DNA from: an uncultured Chloroflexia bacterium
GTDB taxonomy: Bacteria > Chloroflexota > Limnocylindria > Limnocylindrales > CSP1-4
Direction: 5' to 3'
NCBI GenBank assembly: GCA_963716815.1
Contig: CAVQUM010000022.1
Location: forward strand, 42,111-106,110
Length of the DNA: 64,000 nucleotides
Every line of letters begins with the position of its first letter. Position 1 is the stretch's first letter. Below, in pieces: positions 1 through 15,229 of this stretch. Under the pieces are notes generated by a model. It saw only the letters and a program-made list of their open reading frames with translations. It ran no database searches and was not told the origin of the DNA. The position numbers and the translations under genes were made by a program.

Positions 1-33
1 AGGGCGAGCCCTGGTAGCGCCGCTGCGGGCAGG

Positions 34-681
34 TCAGGTGGGCTCCGGCCCCAGCACGGCACCGAGCTGCGCCAGCGCTCGGCCGGTGGCGCCCCACACG
101 CGGTGACCATCGACCGGGTAGTAGCCGTAGCGCAGGATCCAACCGCCGCGTTCCTCGTCCACCGTCTCCACGGGCGCGTCGGGCAGGAAGCGGCGCACGG
201 GCACGCTCAGGATCTCGGCCGTCTCCACGTCGTCGGCGGTGAAGGCCGGCGTGCGCTCGGCCACCGCCAGCACCGGCACCAGCCAGAAGCCCGACACGCG
301 CACGTCGACTGCCTCGAGCACGCCCATCACCCTGACGCCGGCCGCCTCGCTGTCGAGCCCGACCTCCTCGGCCGCCTCGCGCAGGGCCGTGCCCGCCGGG
401 AAGTCGTCCGCGGGTTCACGCTTGCCTCCCGGCAGGGCTACCTGTCCGGCGTGGATGTGGTCGCCACCCGGCCGCACCTGCAGCACGATGTGCGCCTCGC
501 CGGTGGCGTCGGGATAGAGCAGGGCCAGGGCTGCCGCGTCGCGCACGCCGGCCCCCGGGTCGGGCTGTGCCCACGGTGGCCGGGTGCCGCTGTCCACGAT
601 GCGAGCTTCGATCTCCGGTCGTGGTGGCGGAAGCGGGGAGGGCAGGTCGGCCAGACGCCGCCGAACGATCTCGATGTGCAC
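34..681 (-). CDS. Nudix hydrolase, CoA pyrophosphatase-like
   Basis: C-terminal part of ORF 34..1470 from GTG at 681; HAGQVALPGGKRE..TALREAAEEVGL Nudix box and VWGATG motif. Confidence 0.85.
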   Translation of the reverse strand: MHIEIVRRRLADLPSPLPPPRPEIEARIVDSGTRPPWAQPDPGAGVRDAAALALLYPDATGEAHIVLQVRPGGDHIHAGQVALPGGKREPADDFPAGTALREAAEEVGLDSEAAGVRVMGVLEAVDVRVSGFWLVPVLAVAERTPAFTADDVETAEILSVPVRRFLPDAPVETVDEERGGWILRYGYYPVDGHRVWGATGRALAQLGAVLGPEPT

Positions 682-691
682 GCCTCGAAGC

Positions 692-1762
692 CTAGGGCGT
701 GTCGCTGAAACCTGGGAGCGCGGGGGCGCCACCACTGCTGTCGGGCCGCCCCCAGGCCAACACGCGGTAGCCGCCGAGGTGTCGTGGGTCGAGCAGGCGC
801 GCCACTGCGGCGCGCGCCTCCACGTACGCGCGTGGGTCGACGTCGACGCGCCGTCCAAGCTGGGCCAACATGTCGCCCAACCCGAGGCGCGCCAGGAAGG
901 GCCCCTGCGTGGTGGAGCCGAGGAGCGTGAGCCCTGCCTCGGCCGCCGCCCGCTCGAGCGCGGTGATGTCGACATGCGCGGTGATGTCGGTGCGGCCGAC
1001 CTCGCGATAGGGGTCGTCGGAGACCTCGTGGCCGCGGTACGTGAGCAGGGAGCCTGCGGCGCGCTGCGGAGCGAAGAGCTCAGCCGCGTCGTGGCCGTAG
1101 TCGATGACCACCACGGCCCCACCGGGCACCAGCTCACGGGCCACATCCCGCACCCAGTCGGGCGCAGCCAGGCAGACCTCGGCGCGCTGACCCTCGCCCA
1201 GCTCCACGCCATCGGCCGCGAGGTAGGCGGCCAGGGCCGGCGTCGAGGGCGGACCGAGCGTCTCACGGAAGCCGTCGTCCCAGGCCACGTACACCTCGCG
1301 CAGCTCGCGCTCATGACGCAGCCGGTGGACCGGCAGGGCGTCGAGGTACTCGTTGGCCAGCACCAGGTCGGCCGGTCCAGTGGCCTCGTCGCTGCGATCG
1401 GGCAGGTCGGCCCGGACCCAGTCGACGTGGAAGCCGAGGCCGTCGGTCGCATCGTCGCGCAGCGTGCCACGCCCAGCCCCGAACTCGAGCACGCGGAACG
1501 GGGCGGAGCCGGAGGCGTCGGCGGCGGACGCGACCAGCCGGCCGATGCAGCGGCCGAAGAAGGGATGCAGCTCGGGGGCGGTGAGGAAGTCGCCCTCCCG
1601 CGTCGGGCGCGTGGCGCTGGTGGAGTAGTAGCCGAGCCCAGGCTCGGTGAGCGCGCGCTCCATGAAGCGGGCGAAGGTGATGCGTCCCCCAGGAGCGGCT
1701 CGGATCTCGTCGCGGATGGCCTCGACCAGTCGTGGCTCGCCGTCCGACCCGGAAGCGGCCAT
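692..1762 (-). CDS. SAM-dependent methyltransferase, MidA/NDUFAF7 family
   Basis: ITFARFMERAL..GYY, GDFLTAPE, EFGAGRG, ANEYLDALP, IDYG, DITAHVD motifs; start overlaps SDR stop. Confidence 0.9.
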   Translation of the reverse strand: MAASGSDGEPRLVEAIRDEIRAAPGGRITFARFMERALTEPGLGYYSTSATRPTREGDFLTAPELHPFFGRCIGRLVASAADASGSAPFRVLEFGAGRGTLRDDATDGLGFHVDWVRADLPDRSDEATGPADLVLANEYLDALPVHRLRHERELREVYVAWDDGFRETLGPPSTPALAAYLAADGVELGEGQRAEVCLAAPDWVRDVARELVPGGAVVVIDYGHDAAELFAPQRAAGSLLTYRGHEVSDDPYREVGRTDITAHVDITALERAAAEAGLTLLGSTTQGPFLARLGLGDMLAQLGRRVDVDPRAYVEARAAVARLLDPRHLGGYRVLAWGRPDSSGGAPALPGFSDTP

Positions 1763-2523
1763 CACGCGATGAAGCCACCGTCCACGGCCAGCAGCGCACC
1801 GGTGACCCACTTGCTCTCATCGGACATGAGATAGACCACGGCATGGCCGATGTCGTCGACCTCGCCCAGCCGGCCCAGGGGGGTGGCCGCCTCGATGCCC
1901 GCGGCGACACCGGCCTCGGCCAGGATCTGCCGGTTGATGTCGGTCTCGATCGTGCCCGGCATGACGGCGTTGACGGTGATGCCGTGTGGCCCCAGCGCCA
2001 GCGCCGCGGCCCGGGTGAACATGTTGACCGCGCCCTTGGAGGAGCAGTAGGGCACCTGCTGCGGGTTGGTCGCCTTCTGGCCGGAGATCGAGGTCACGTT
2101 GCAGATGCGGCCCGGCCTCGCGGTCTCGACCATGACCCGGGCGACCCGCTGCGTCATCAGGAACGGGCCCTTGGCATTGATGGCCATGACCGCGTCCCAC
2201 TGCTGCTCGGTCACCTCGAGGAAGTCGATGAAGGGACCGATGCCGGCGTTGTTGACCAGGCCGTCGAGCGGCCCCAGCGCGTGCACTGCTTCGGCCACGA
2301 TGCGTTCGACGTCAGCTGCGACCGAGACGTCGCCACTGACCGCGATCGCGCTCGCACCGGCGGCCTCGATGGCCGCGACCGTCTCTCGCAGGGCCGCACT
2401 CTCGGTGCGGCCGTGGACTGCCACCCGCGCCCCGGCTTGCGCGCAGCGCAGGGCACAGGCGCGGCCGATGCCGCGTGAGCTGCCGGTCACGATGATGTTC
2501 TTGCCCTTGAGTCGCTCGTCCAC
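1762..2523 (-). CDS. SDR family oxidoreductase
   Basis: TGSSRGIG, NNAG, YCSSK catalytic motif, VDGG terminus. Confidence 0.9.
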   Translation of the reverse strand: MDERLKGKNIIVTGSSRGIGRACALRCAQAGARVAVHGRTESAALRETVAAIEAAGASAIAVSGDVSVAADVERIVAEAVHALGPLDGLVNNAGIGPFIDFLEVTEQQWDAVMAINAKGPFLMTQRVARVMVETARPGRICNVTSISGQKATNPQQVPYCSSKGAVNMFTRAAALALGPHGITVNAVMPGTIETDINRQILAEAGVAAGIEAATPLGRLGEVDDIGHAVVYLMSDESKWVTGALLAVDGGFIA

Positions 2524-2592
2524 GCAGCCTCCTCCGTTCTTCGGCTCGCCCTATCATCGTCCTCATCAGCCGATCGAGGGAGGCGCATCGAC

Positions 2593-3551
2593 GTGGGTAG
2601 GTACGGTCTCGGCGACGCAGTCCCTACGCGGGCGGCCTACGGCGAGGCCCTGCGCGACCTTGGGGCACGTGAACGAACAGGTCGTCGTGCTCGAGGCCGA
2701 CATCGGCAAGTCCACGCGCAGCGTGCTCTTCGGTGAGGCCTACCCGGACCGCTACTTCAACGTCGGTATCGCGGAGCAGAACGAGATGGCCGTCGCGGCC
2801 GGGCTGTCGAGCTGCGGCAAGATCCCCTTCGTCTCCACCTACGCGGTCTTCGCCAGCATGCGCGCGTGCGAGCAGGTGCGCACCTTCGTGGCCTATCCCC
2901 GCGCCAACGTCAAGATCTGTCCCAGCCATGGGGGGCTCACTCCAGGCAACGACGGGCCCACGCACCAGGCCACCGAGGACCTTGGCATCATGCGTACGAT
3001 CCCCAACATGACCGTGTGCATGCCCACCGACGCGACCATGACCTACCGAGCGGTCTTCGCCGCGGCCGAGCTGGCGGGGCCGCTCTACCTGCGCCTGACC
3101 CGGGACCCGGTCCCGGTCATCTACGACGACGGGCTCGAGTTCGAGTTCGGCCGGGCCATCGTGCTGCGCACGGGCGCCGATGCCACCATCATCGCCAACG
3201 GGGACATGGTCAGCCAGGCGCTCGCGGCTGCCGACGGCCTGGCCTCGTCCGGCCTCGCCGTCACCGTCATCGACATGCACACGGTCAAGCCGCTCGACGA
3301 GGCCTGCCTCATGGAGCACTGCGCCCAGGCACGCCTTCGTGGTCACCGTCGAGGATCACCAGATCAACGGCGGCCTCGGTAGCGCCGTGGCCGAGTTCCT
3401 CGGCGAGCACTGTCCGGTGCCCATGAAGCGCATCGGCCTGCGTGACACCTTCGCCGAGTCGGGGCCCTACCCGCAACTGCTCGCGAAGTACGGCATGGAC
3501 GCCGCCGCGGTCGAGCGGGCGGTACTCGCCGGCCTCGCGGCGGACCGATGA
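2593..3551 (+). CDS. Transketolase C-terminal (pyrimidine-binding) subunit, frameshifted near 2670 and 3330
   Basis: GGGAGG RBS then GTG at 2593 (TRAAYGEAL); GIAEQN, DGPTHQ, VKPLD, then [15 protein letters not shown] in the next frame. Confidence 0.85.
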
Positions 3552-4297
3552 GCTTCGAGGGCCGGACCGTGTTGGTGACCGGGGCCGGACAGGGCATCGG
3601 CACGGCCATCGCCCGGGCCTTCGCCGAGCGTGGCGCGAGCGTGGCTCTCAACGACGTGGACGTGGCTGCCGCGAGCGCTCGCGCCGAGGAGCTGCGTCGC
3701 GGCCGGTCACGAGGCCGCCGGATTCGGCGCCGACGTGACTTCCGAGCCGGCCGTGCTGGCCATGCTCGAGCGCATCGGCGACGCTCTTCGGCGAGGTCGA
3801 CATCCTCGTCAACAACGCCGGCATCCTGGGCATCTCGCCGACCGAGGAGCTCGACGTGGAGGCCTGGGCACGCACGCTGTCGGTCAACCTCACCGGCACC
3901 TTCGTCTGCTGCAAGTCCGTGATGCCGAGATGAAGGCACGGCGCTGGGGCAAGATCGTGAACATCTCCTCGCTCGCCGGCGAGAGCGGTGGCATCAAGGT
4001 CGGCGCCGACTACGCCGCGTCGAAGGGCGGGATGCTGGCGCTGACCCGCAAGCTGGCGCTGGAGGTCGCTCCCTTCGACGTCAACGTGAACGCCGTCGCG
4101 CCGGGCACCACGCGGACACCCATGATCGAAGCGCTGCCCGAGGCAGGACCGGGCGGCCCTGGCTGGCGCGGATTCCGCTGCGGCGTTTCGGCCGGCCCGA
4201 GGACGTCGCCTACGCGGTCTGCTTCCTCGCGAGCGACGAGGCCTCGTTCATCACCGGCGCCACGCTCGACGTGAACGGCGGCCTGTTGATGCGCTAG
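3548..4297 (+). CDS. SDR family oxidoreductase (FabG-like), multiple frameshifts
   Basis: [22 protein letters not shown] and DVNGG segments spread across frames; TAG at 4295. Confidence 0.8.
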
Positions 4298-4333
4298 GCC
4301 GAGGCGGCCTCCGCGCCAGAGCGACGCCACAGA

Positions 4334-5164
4334 TCAGGCCGAGACCGCGTCGAGCTCGGCCATGGCCTGCTCGAACTGCTCGTCGGTGGGCACCTTTCCG
4401 TGCCACTCGACCTTGTCTTCCATGAACGAGACGCCCTTGCCCTTGACCGTGTGTGCCACGATCACGCTCGGCCGCCCTGCCGTGCTACGGGCCTCGGCCA
4501 GGGCAGCGCGGATGCTCTCGATGTCGTGCCCGTCACAGCGGATGACATGCCAATCGAACGAGCGCAGCTTGGCGGCCAGGTCGCCCATGGGCATGACCTC
4601 GTCGTTGTGGCCGTCGAGCTGCAGTTGGTTGTAGTCGACGATGGCGCAGAGGTTGTCGAAGCGGTACTTGGCTGCCGACATCATCGCCTCCCACACCAGG
4701 CCCTCCTGCATCTCACCGCAGCCGAGCATCACGTAGGTGCGGTAGTCGCGACCGTCGAGCCCCGCCGCCAGGGCCATGCCCACGCCGATCGAGAGCCCGG
4801 TGCCCAACGAGCCGGTGGTGTAGTCCACGCCAGGCGTCTTCTTCATGTCCGGATGGCCCTGCAGGATGCCGTCGATCTGGCGCAGCGTGCCCAGATGCTC
4901 CATCTCGAAGTAGCCCTTCATCGCCAGCACCGCGTAGAGCACCGGGCAGGCGTGGCCCTTGGACAGCAGGAAGCGGTCGCGCTCCGGCCAGGCGGGGTCG
5001 CTGGGATCGATGCGCATCTCGTCGTAGTAGAGCACGGTCACCAGGTCGGCCGACGAGAGGGAGGCACCGGGGTGGCCAGACCCGGCCGTCTGGATCATCT
5101 GCAGGATGTTCCGGCGCAGCTCGGTCGCGAGCGACCGCAAGTGGAGCGCTCGTGTCTCTTCCAT
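4334..5164 (-). CDS. Transketolase N-terminal (TPP-binding) subunit
   Basis: SGHPGASLS, RDRFLLSKGHA, LQGHP, TGSLG, GCGE..EG TPP motif, TVKGKG, WHGK. Confidence 0.92.
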   Translation of the reverse strand: MEETRALHLRSLATELRRNILQMIQTAGSGHPGASLSSADLVTVLYYDEMRIDPSDPAWPERDRFLLSKGHACPVLYAVLAMKGYFEMEHLGTLRQIDGILQGHPDMKKTPGVDYTTGSLGTGLSIGVGMALAAGLDGRDYRTYVMLGCGEMQEGLVWEAMMSAAKYRFDNLCAIVDYNQLQLDGHNDEVMPMGDLAAKLRSFDWHVIRCDGHDIESIRAALAEARSTAGRPSVIVAHTVKGKGVSFMEDKVEWHGKVPTDEQFEQAMAELDAVSA

Positions 5165-5281
5165 GTCCCCTCGTGGCTCGGTGGTCGACACCACTGTATC
5201 GGCCCGCGCGGCTGAGGTGGTCGCCGCCGCGACGGGTCGTCAGCTCCGCGTCCGCCGCCTCAGCCGCTTCGGCCGACGCGG

Positions 5282-8028
<2,747 letters not shown>

Positions 8029-8061
8029 GGGGGGTTCGTGCGTCCTCGTCGTTCAGCGTGT

Positions 8062-9129
8062 TCAGGGGCCGGGCGTCTGCCGCGGGTCGGACTGCTCGAT
8101 GTGGTCGATGAAGGCCTGCGCCCGGGCCCGTCCCTCGTCGTCGAGGTACGTCGGCAGCACGACCTTGGTGCGCACGCGCAGGTCACCCGCGCCATCGCCG
8201 CCGAAGCGGGGCAGGCCCTGGCCGGCGAGTCGGAAGACCCGTCCGTTCTGGGTGCCGGGCGGGATGGCCAGCGCCAGTTTCTTGCCCGCGAGCGTGACGA
8301 TGTGCACTTCCGCACCCAGGAGCGCCTCGCCCAGCGTGAGCGAGAGGTCCATGGTGAGGTCGGCGTTGTCGCGCGTGAACACGGCGTGCTTGCTGACGCG
8401 CACGGTGATGTAGACGTTGCCGCCACCTTCGGCCTTGCCGGTCAGGCGGATCTTCTGCCCGTCACGCACGCCGGGCGGGATCTTGACCTCCAGCGTCCTG
8501 CCTCCGACCTGGAGGTGTCGCTCCGTGCCGCGCATGACCTCTTCGAGGCTGATGGTGGCGTCGGCCGTCGCGTCCGGCGGCCGGGGCGGCGCGGGGCGAC
8601 GGCCCCGAGCGGAACCGGTGCCAAAGCCGGACGAGGCGTAGCCGGCTCCGGTGTCGCCACCGAGCCCGCCGAAGAACGGGTCGACGTCCACGTGGACGCC
8701 TCCACCCGCGCCGCCGACAGGCGCGGCGCCACCCATGCCACCGCCCGTGAAGAACGTGCGGAAGAAGTCGCTGAAGCCTGCGAGGTCCTCGGCGTTGCCG
8801 CGATACTCGAAGCGCATGCCACCGGGGAAGCCGCCACCGCTGCCCGCCCCGGCGCCGCCGAAGCCGGCGAAGGGGTTGCGCCCGCCAGCGCCGCCGGCCT
8901 GCTGGTAGGCACCCCAGTTGGCACCGAGCTGGTCGTACGCCTTGCGCTTCTCGGGATCAGAGAGGACCTCGTTGGCCTCGCTGATCTCCTTGAAGCGCTT
9001 CTCCGCGGCGTCGCCCTTGTTGACGTCCGGATGGTTCTCGCGGGCAAGGCGACGGAAGGCCTTCTTGATGTCGGCCTGACTGGCGCCCTTCTCTACACCG
9101 AGGGTGGCGTAGTAGTCGCGATACTCCAT
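8062..9129 (-). CDS. DnaJ-class co-chaperone lacking zinc finger (CbpA-like)
   Basis: [11 protein letters not shown] motif, G/F-rich linker, C-terminal DnaJ domain, no CxxCxGxG. Confidence 0.9.
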   Translation of the reverse strand: MEYRDYYATLGVEKGASQADIKKAFRRLARENHPDVNKGDAAEKRFKEISEANEVLSDPEKRKAYDQLGANWGAYQQAGGAGGRNPFAGFGGAGAGSGGGFPGGMRFEYRGNAEDLAGFSDFFRTFFTGGGMGGAAPVGGAGGGVHVDVDPFFGGLGGDTGAGYASSGFGTGSARGRRPAPPRPPDATADATISLEEVMRGTERHLQVGGRTLEVKIPPGVRDGQKIRLTGKAEGGGNVYITVRVSKHAVFTRDNADLTMDLSLTLGEALLGAEVHIVTLAGKKLALAIPPGTQNGRVFRLAGQGLPRFGGDGAGDLRVRTKVVLPTYLDDEGRARAQAFIDHIEQSDPRQTPGP

Positions 9130-9145
9130 CCGTCTCCTGTGGCGG

Positions 9146-11644
<2,499 letters not shown>

Positions 11645-12082
11645 TCAGATCTCCTTGGGGGTCCGGTCAGGGTGCGCGCGGCGCATGTCGCGGGACGGCG
11701 GCGGTTCGGCGGCGGATGTCTCCGCCGCGTCATCGCCCTCATCGCCGTCGAAGCGGCGCATGGCTTCAGGTTCGCTGTAGAGCTGCTCGAGCAGGCGCGT
11801 GCCCGTTCGTGCCTCGAGCTGGAACAGGACGCGGACCCCGGCCAGGTTCACGCCCAGGTTCTGGGTCAGGTGCCGGATCCAGAGGATCCGGCGCAGGTCA
11901 TTCTCCGAGTAGAGCCGGATGTTGGTGGGGGTGCGGGCCGGGCTGACCAGCCCCTCACCCTCGTAGATGCGCAGCGTCCGGGGGTGGACGCTCACCAGCT
12001 CGGCGGCCACGCTGATGATGTAGACCGGCCGACTGGCGTCGGCGCCACTGGGACGCCGACGCGCTCCTGCTCCATCTCGCAC
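11645..12082 (-). CDS. hspR: HspR-like MerR-family heat-shock repressor
   Basis: YIISVAAEL..HPRTLRIYE..GLVSPART..RLYS..GVNLAGV signature, inside a chaperone operon; GTG start at 12082 is approximate. Confidence 0.8.
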   Translation of the reverse strand: MRDGAGARRRPSGADASRPVYIISVAAELVSVHPRTLRIYEGEGLVSPARTPTNIRLYSENDLRRILWIRHLTQNLGVNLAGVRVLFQLEARTGTRLLEQLYSEPEAMRRFDGDEGDDAAETSAAEPPPSRDMRRAHPDRTPKEI

Positions 12083-12086
12083 GGGC

Positions 12087-12605
12087 TCAGGCCTGCTCAG
12101 CCTTGTCCGTGTGCGCTGCATCCTGGCTCACCTGGGATCCGGCGGTGACCGCGACGGTCGCCTCCGAAACACCGGTCACCGGGATCTGGCGGGGCTTGGC
12201 CGCCTCGGCGCGCGGGATGCTCAGTCGAAGCAGGCCGTTCTCGAAGGTGGCCGTGGCGTTATCGGTGTCCATGCCCGAGGGGAGCGTCAGCGTGCGGGAG
12301 CCGGCGCTGCGGCGCAGCTCGCGGTACACACGCTCACCCTCCCTGGTCTCACGCTCGGCCTGCTCCTTGACACCGATGGTCAGGTTGTCCTGGTGGACGG
12401 TGATCTCGACGTCGTCGGGGCGGATGCCCGGGAGCGCGGCCTCGATGGTGACCGCGTCCTCGGTCGACGTGATGTCCAGTGGCAGGCGCGCCTCGGCCGT
12501 CCCGCCCCAGGCCAGCGGCCGGAAGGCGGCATCATCGAAGAGTTGGTCGACGGCGCGGCTGAGGCTCAGGAGTTCTCGCTGCGGGGCCCTGCGGATGATG
12601 GTCAT
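12087..12605 (-). CDS. Hsp20/alpha-crystallin small heat-shock protein
   Basis: LPLDI, ALPGI, RTLTLP, ATFENGLLRLSIPR, RQIPV; GGAGG RBS. Confidence 0.92.
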   Translation of the reverse strand: MTIIRRAPQRELLSLSRAVDQLFDDAAFRPLAWGGTAEARLPLDITSTEDAVTIEAALPGIRPDDVEITVHQDNLTIGVKEQAERETREGERVYRELRRSAGSRTLTLPSGMDTDNATATFENGLLRLSIPRAEAAKPRQIPVTGVSEATVAVTAGSQVSQDAAHTDKAEQA

Positions 12606-12690
12606 TTCTGTGGTCCTCCGTATCTCGGCGGTGCGCTTGCTCACTCGACTGGCAGCAAGGGGGTCGCGACCTCCGCCTTGTATGCGTCAG

Positions 12691-12721
12691 ATGCTAGAAC
12701 CTTGACAATGCCATTGTCAAG
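12691..12721 (-). promoter_or_regulatory. Sigma70-type promoter of the hsp20 operon overlapped by a perfect palindrome CTTGACA-N7-TGTCAAG (HAIR-like operator)
   Basis: Minus strand TTGACA-18nt-TAGCAT; palindrome CTTGACAATG-C-CATTGTCAAG at 12701-12721. Confidence 0.8.
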
Positions 12722-12993
12722 TCTGTTACCCAAGAGGGTGACACGCATGCTGACAACCACATGTTACGAAGGTTGCCGGTTTTCGGTAGGATGCGTGAGT
12801 GTCCCATGGATAGGGTCGGAGGGCAAGTGCGCCCGCTCCGCGGCACCGGCGCGGCTGTTCCGGAGGCACCGTCGTGGTCGCCCGGAGCCCTTGCACGCCA
12901 CCGACCGCCAGCCGTCATCGCCGTGTCGAGCGCAGATCCGGCCGACGTGACAGCCACGCTCTGTCCGGCGCCAGGCCCGCGGCCGCCCATGCT

Positions 12994-13236
12994 GGTCGAC
13001 ATACCGACCGATGCGGGTCCGTCGACCCCGCCGAGCCTATCACCTGGACCCGAGCCAAGCCCCCGCCGCCCCAGGTGGTCGACAAGTCGACCGATCCGGC
13101 TCCGTGGACGCCACCCGGACCCGAGCCGAGCCCGCCGCCGCCCCAGGTGGTCGACAAGTCGACCACCGTGCCGATGCGCGGCCGTTGGGTCGCCCGCGGA
13201 GCGCAGCAGCCGACGGCTTCGGTCGACCCGTCGACC
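12994..13236. repeat. Array of four GGTCGAC-NN-GTCGACC palindromes (spacing 83/72/72 bp)
   Basis: Copies start at 12994 (degenerate), 13077, 13149 and 13221; flanks of copies 2 and 3 are near-identical. Confidence 0.8.
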
Positions 13237-13316
13237 ATGCGAAGCGGCAGGGGGAGCGAGCACACACGGCTGGTGCACAAATCGGCGACCGTCAGTCGCG
13301 GGTCGCGTTCCCGCGT

Positions 13317-13373
13317 CCACGAGTGCCGGCAGGGCCCACGAGTGCCGGCAGGGCCCACGAGTGCCGGCAGGCC
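13317..13373. repeat. Tandem repeat 3 x 19 bp CCACGAGTGCCGGCAGGGC
   Basis: Read directly; one mismatch in the third copy. Confidence 0.9.
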
Positions 13374-13406
13374 CGACCGTGCCGACCGCGTCGGTCAGCC
13401 AGCCAC

Positions 13407-14093
13407 CTAGACCTCGATCGAAGCGATCTCCGGCGCGTCGCCGATGAGCTGCATGCGCAGGTCGTTCTCGCACTCGGTGCGCGAGATGGCGATGACCTTG
13501 TCGCCCTCCTCGAAGATCGTCTCCGGCCGGATCGACTGGGCCCGGTCGTCGCGGATGACCACGAAGAGCGTGCAGCCCTCGGGCAGGTCGATGTCGGCCG
13601 GGCGGCGGCCCAGCGCCGGGGAGTCGTCGGCGATCTGCGCCTCCAGCAGCTCCAGCTCTCCACCTTCGAGGTTGGCCAGGTGCAGCAGCTCATGGACGGG
13701 GATGTCCTGCTCGATGGCGGCCAGCACCATGCGCGTGGGACTGATGATCTCGTCCACGCCCAGCTCGCGGAAGAGCGGCTCGTTGCGCGGGTTGTTGACG
13801 CGCGCGATCGTGCGCGGCACGTCGAAGTGGTGCTTGGCCATCTGGCAGACCACGAGGTTGTCGGCGTCGTCGCCGGTCACGGCAGCGACGATGGTGGCGC
13901 GGTTGGCGCCGGCCTCGGCGAGGTGTGTGCCCTCGCAGCCGTCGCGGTTGACGACGACCGCGCCCAGTTCGTCACGGATGCGCTCCGCAGAACGCGGTTC
14001 CTTTTCCATGAGCACGATCTCGTGCCCTTCGGCGAGGAGCTCCTTGGTCAGGTAGAAGCCGATGCGGCCACCACCCACGACGATGACGAACAC
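13407..14093 (-). CDS. trkA: TrkA/KtrA-family RCK protein (RCK_N + RCK_C)
   Basis: GTG start; VGGGRIG, AVTGDDADNL, IARVNNPRN, C-terminal RCK_C (IRDD..P.T.FEEGD). Confidence 0.88.
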   Translation of the reverse strand: MFVIVVGGGRIGFYLTKELLAEGHEIVLMEKEPRSAERIRDELGAVVVNRDGCEGTHLAEAGANRATIVAAVTGDDADNLVVCQMAKHHFDVPRTIARVNNPRNEPLFRELGVDEIISPTRMVLAAIEQDIPVHELLHLANLEGGELELLEAQIADDSPALGRRPADIDLPEGCTLFVVIRDDRAQSIRPETIFEEGDKVIAISRTECENDLRMQLIGDAPEIASIEV

Positions 14094-14095
14094 GG

Positions 14096-14626
14096 CTAGC
14101 GGCCTCCGATACTGTCTGCGGCGGGCATGGGCTCGCTGGCGGCCAGCTCTGCCCGTGCCTCCGTTGTGACTGGCGCCGGCGCCGGCGGCACGACCGCGAC
14201 CGTGACGTCGCCGGCGCCCGGCACGGCCGGCTTGCCCATGTAGCGGCTGATGCTGTCGACCATCATTCCGGTGCGGTTGATGGTGTCGATGCCCAGCGTG
14301 GCATACGCCGCCGAGCGCACGGGGTCGTTGATCTTGCACAGGACGTGCGCGATGCCGAAGTCCTGCTTGGCCAGCTGTGCCGAGAGGATGTTGCGGTTGT
14401 CGCCGTTGGTCAGCGCGAAGAACCACTCGCACTCGCGCGCGCCGGCACGCTCGAGCACACTCGCGTCTGTGCCATCGCCGCGCAGGGCCTGGCCGGTGAA
14501 GCCCGGCGCCAGGCGTCGGAAGGCTTCGGTGTGGGTGTCGAGGATGACCACCTCGTGGCCCTCCTCGGCGAGTCGGCTCGCCATGCCGGCGCCGACACGC
14601 CCGCTACCGACGATGATCACGCGCAT
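14096..14626 (-). CDS. TrkA-family RCK_N-only protein
   Basis: IVGSGRVG, GDGTD, TNGDNRNI, KINDP; no RCK_C domain. Confidence 0.88.
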   Translation of the reverse strand: MRVIIVGSGRVGAGMASRLAEEGHEVVILDTHTEAFRRLAPGFTGQALRGDGTDASVLERAGARECEWFFALTNGDNRNILSAQLAKQDFGIAHVLCKINDPVRSAAYATLGIDTINRTGMMVDSISRYMGKPAVPGAGDVTVAVVPPAPAPVTTEARAELAASEPMPAADSIGGR

Positions 14627-14630
14627 CGTT

Positions 14631-15116
14631 TCAGATCCTCTTCATGCTCTCTTCGCGCTCCTCGCTGCTCGCGACCGGCTCGCGGACCACGATCACCCGG
14701 CAGGGCGCGTTCCTGAAGACGTACAGGATGGTGTGCCCGAGGGCGAAGTCACCGCCGAAGCGGACCACGTAGGGCAGGCCCATGACGATGGCGTCCGCCT
14801 GCAGGGCAACGGCCTCATCGACGAGGGCTGCACCGACGTCGCGTGCCTGCAGCAGCTGGGATGTGAGCTGCACCTTCTCCTTCTCGGCCATGCCCTCTGC
14901 GAGGTCGAGCGCACGCGAAGCCTCCTCGCGCTGCTCCTCGAGGTCGTCGTCGAGGTCGTGGCTCCAGTCGACCTCGAGCACGTAGACCGCGACCAGATCG
15001 CTGTCGTCCGCACGCGCGAGCTTGCAGCCGCACTCGATGACGAGCTCATCAGTGGGGCCGCCGTTGAGACTGAGAACGGCGCGCTTGACCGGCTTGCCGA
15101 GGGTTCCGTTGGGCAC
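14631..15116 (-). CDS. Universal stress protein
   Basis: AVYVLEV, ARDVGAALVDEA, ADAIVMG, LGHT..YVFRNAPCRVIV. Confidence 0.88.
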   Translation of the reverse strand: MPNGTLGKPVKRAVLSLNGGPTDELVIECGCKLARADDSDLVAVYVLEVDWSHDLDDDLEEQREEASRALDLAEGMAEKEKVQLTSQLLQARDVGAALVDEAVALQADAIVMGLPYVVRFGGDFALGHTILYVFRNAPCRVIVVREPVASSEEREESMKRI

Positions 15117-15229
15117 GCCCGAAGACTACCACCGCCCTGCGACGCTGACCGCGCACACAGGCTCCCGATCGGCCCGATTCGTCCACGGACGCGTCACGAG
15201 TGGCCCATGACCAGCTGCGCGGGTCACGC

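Noticed and set aside
12994-13236. CRISPR array
   Set aside because: The repeat core is only 16 bp, spacers are partly homologous to each other, and there is no AT-rich leader or cas gene
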